Shown piece by piece: positions 55,339-56,539 of a DNA stretch of 56,539 nt. The stretch covers positions 1-56,539 of IMG/VR virus record IMGVR_UViG_3300010052_000139, one strand, 5' to 3'. The stretch comes from a virus (taxonomy: Duplodnaviria > Caudoviricetes). Positions within the stretch are counted from its first letter, which is position 1. Each line of letters begins with the position of its first letter. Both the position numbers and the translations under genes were made by a program. Below the pieces are notes generated by a model, which saw only the letters and a list, made by a program, of their open reading frames with translations, ran no database searches and had not been told where the DNA came from.

Positions 55339-55866
55339 ATGACGCCCGTTGCTGCCATCGCCACTTACATCGCGGCCAAGGATGGTAACCGTCCCGTTCT
55401 TCTGGAGCAGGCGTTTTCGCCCGATGTGCAATTGCATATGAAGGTGAAGTCGGATGCCGTTTCGTTCCCGAGCTCCGCGAGCGGTCTTGCGGCAGTGAGC
55501 GACGTTCTGGTTCGCGACTTCGCCACGAAATACGAGAACGTTTACACGTTCTGTCTCGCAAAGCCGGCGCCGGACGACCGCCAACGTTTTACTTGTCCCT
55601 GGTTGGTTGGAATGTCGACCAAGGTGGACAATTCGGTGCGCGTCGGCTGTGGCACTTACGATTGGCGCTTCGATACGTCGGGAAGGGTCGACGAACTCGC
55701 CATCCAGATCGAGAAAATGGAGGCGCTCGCGCCGGACACGCGATCGGCCGTCATGACGTGGCTTGCCGCGATCGACTACCCGTGGTGCACTCCGAAGAGC
55801 GTTCTTGTCGGCATGCCGCAACTCGATGCCTTGAAGGCGGTGCGGGACTATCTCTCAGGCTGCTAG
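55339..55866 (+). CDS. SnoaL/NTF2-like hypothetical protein (probably host)
   Basis: YIAAKDGNRP.LL..AF..D; mixed alpha/beta pattern. Confidence 0.65.
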   Translation: MTPVAAIATYIAAKDGNRPVLLEQAFSPDVQLHMKVKSDAVSFPSSASGLAAVSDVLVRDFATKYENVYTFCLAKPAPDDRQRFTCPWLVGMSTKVDNSVRVGCGTYDWRFDTSGRVDELAIQIEKMEALAPDTRSAVMTWLAAIDYPWCTPKSVLVGMPQLDALKAVRDYLSGC

Positions 55867-56082
55867 AAGACTGCTTGCGGTTCTCCAGCAGTGGCGCGTC
55901 TTGCAAATCGTTTGAAAATTCTGCAAAGGCTTCGCGAAATCGGGCCAATACAAGATACTTCCATACGGCGCGATAAGTTGGGAACGGCCGTGGCCAGTTA
56001 TTGTACGGCATGCTATGCGAGGACCCATCAAATCGATCGAAGGCAGAACTTTGGAAGGCTAGGTCTGAAAAGGAAATTCCCG

Positions 56083-56343
56083 ATGCGTCGCGTAGCGATA
56101 TTGATTGCGGTTGGCGCACTTTCGATTTCTGCCGCAGCGGCTCAACCGACCAGCAATCTCGCTGACAGCAAAAGCAAGCCGACGGCTTCGAGCGGTACGG
56201 CAGTCCAGAAGAACGCGCCGTCGAAATCATGCGCGGAATATGGGCCTGGCTTTGTCCGCGTCGAGGGCTCGACGTCATGCATGCGGATCGGAGGTGCGGT
56301 CAGCATCGGTGCGGGGACCAGCGGGGCTGGCCGCGGGCGCTGA
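56083..56343 (+). CDS. Small secreted protein with alphaproteobacterial porin N-terminal motif
   Basis: Signal peptide; CAEYGPGFVRVEGSTSCMRIGG. Confidence 0.7.
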   Translation: MRRVAILIAVGALSISAAAAQPTSNLADSKSKPTASSGTAVQKNAPSKSCAEYGPGFVRVEGSTSCMRIGGAVSIGAGTSGAGRGR

Positions 56344-56377
56344 TCGCCTCTCGCCAATTCACCCCAGAGGCGGCGCA

Positions 56378-56539
56378 ATGAATCTTGAAATCATCGTTCC
56401 GGTTTTGATGTGCTGCGCACTGCTGTGGTGGTTCGGGCGAGGAATGAGTTGGACGACACGTGCAGTGGTTACGGCAATGACCCTGGCCGTAATCGTTGGC
56501 GTCCTGATTCTGGAAAGATGGCTCCGCGCAGGAACATGA
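56378..56539 (+). CDS. Small 2-TM protein
   Basis: RBS GAGG, ATG 56378, two hydrophobic segments. Confidence 0.5.
   Translation: MNLEIIVPVLMCCALLWWFGRGMSWTTRAVVTAMTLAVIVGVLILERWLRAGT

Overview
The window is almost entirely one apparently intact temperate prophage, about 55 kb, in a high-GC alphaproteobacterium; the accessory small-protein families look Bradyrhizobiaceae-like (inference). Order: tyrosine integrase (1..1293), a short leftward early operon, a lambdoid cI/cro switch with five visible operators, and a rightward early operon with three DNA methyltransferases, a replication initiator with internal iterons and a NusG-family antiterminator. A 400-nt structured late leader with an MmgR/suhB-like sRNA follows, then lambda-type packaging/head genes, a Mu-type contractile tail and two collagen-containing fibres. 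The rest is an antisense O-antigen polymerase/ligase plus micro-membrane-peptide cassette, a lysis cassette, about 10 kb of morons (Ku, Omp25-like porin, RosmerTA-like pair, SRAP) and attR, the 3' end of a tRNA at 54991..55003. The last 1.5 kb is probably host DNA. Best novelty candidates: the Wzy/ligase + micropeptide surface-conversion cassette (one peptide gene is absent from the ORF track), the structured late-leader RNAs, and an FtsZ C-terminal-peptide look-alike on a methyltransferase. All family calls come from motif recognition by eye; no database search was run.
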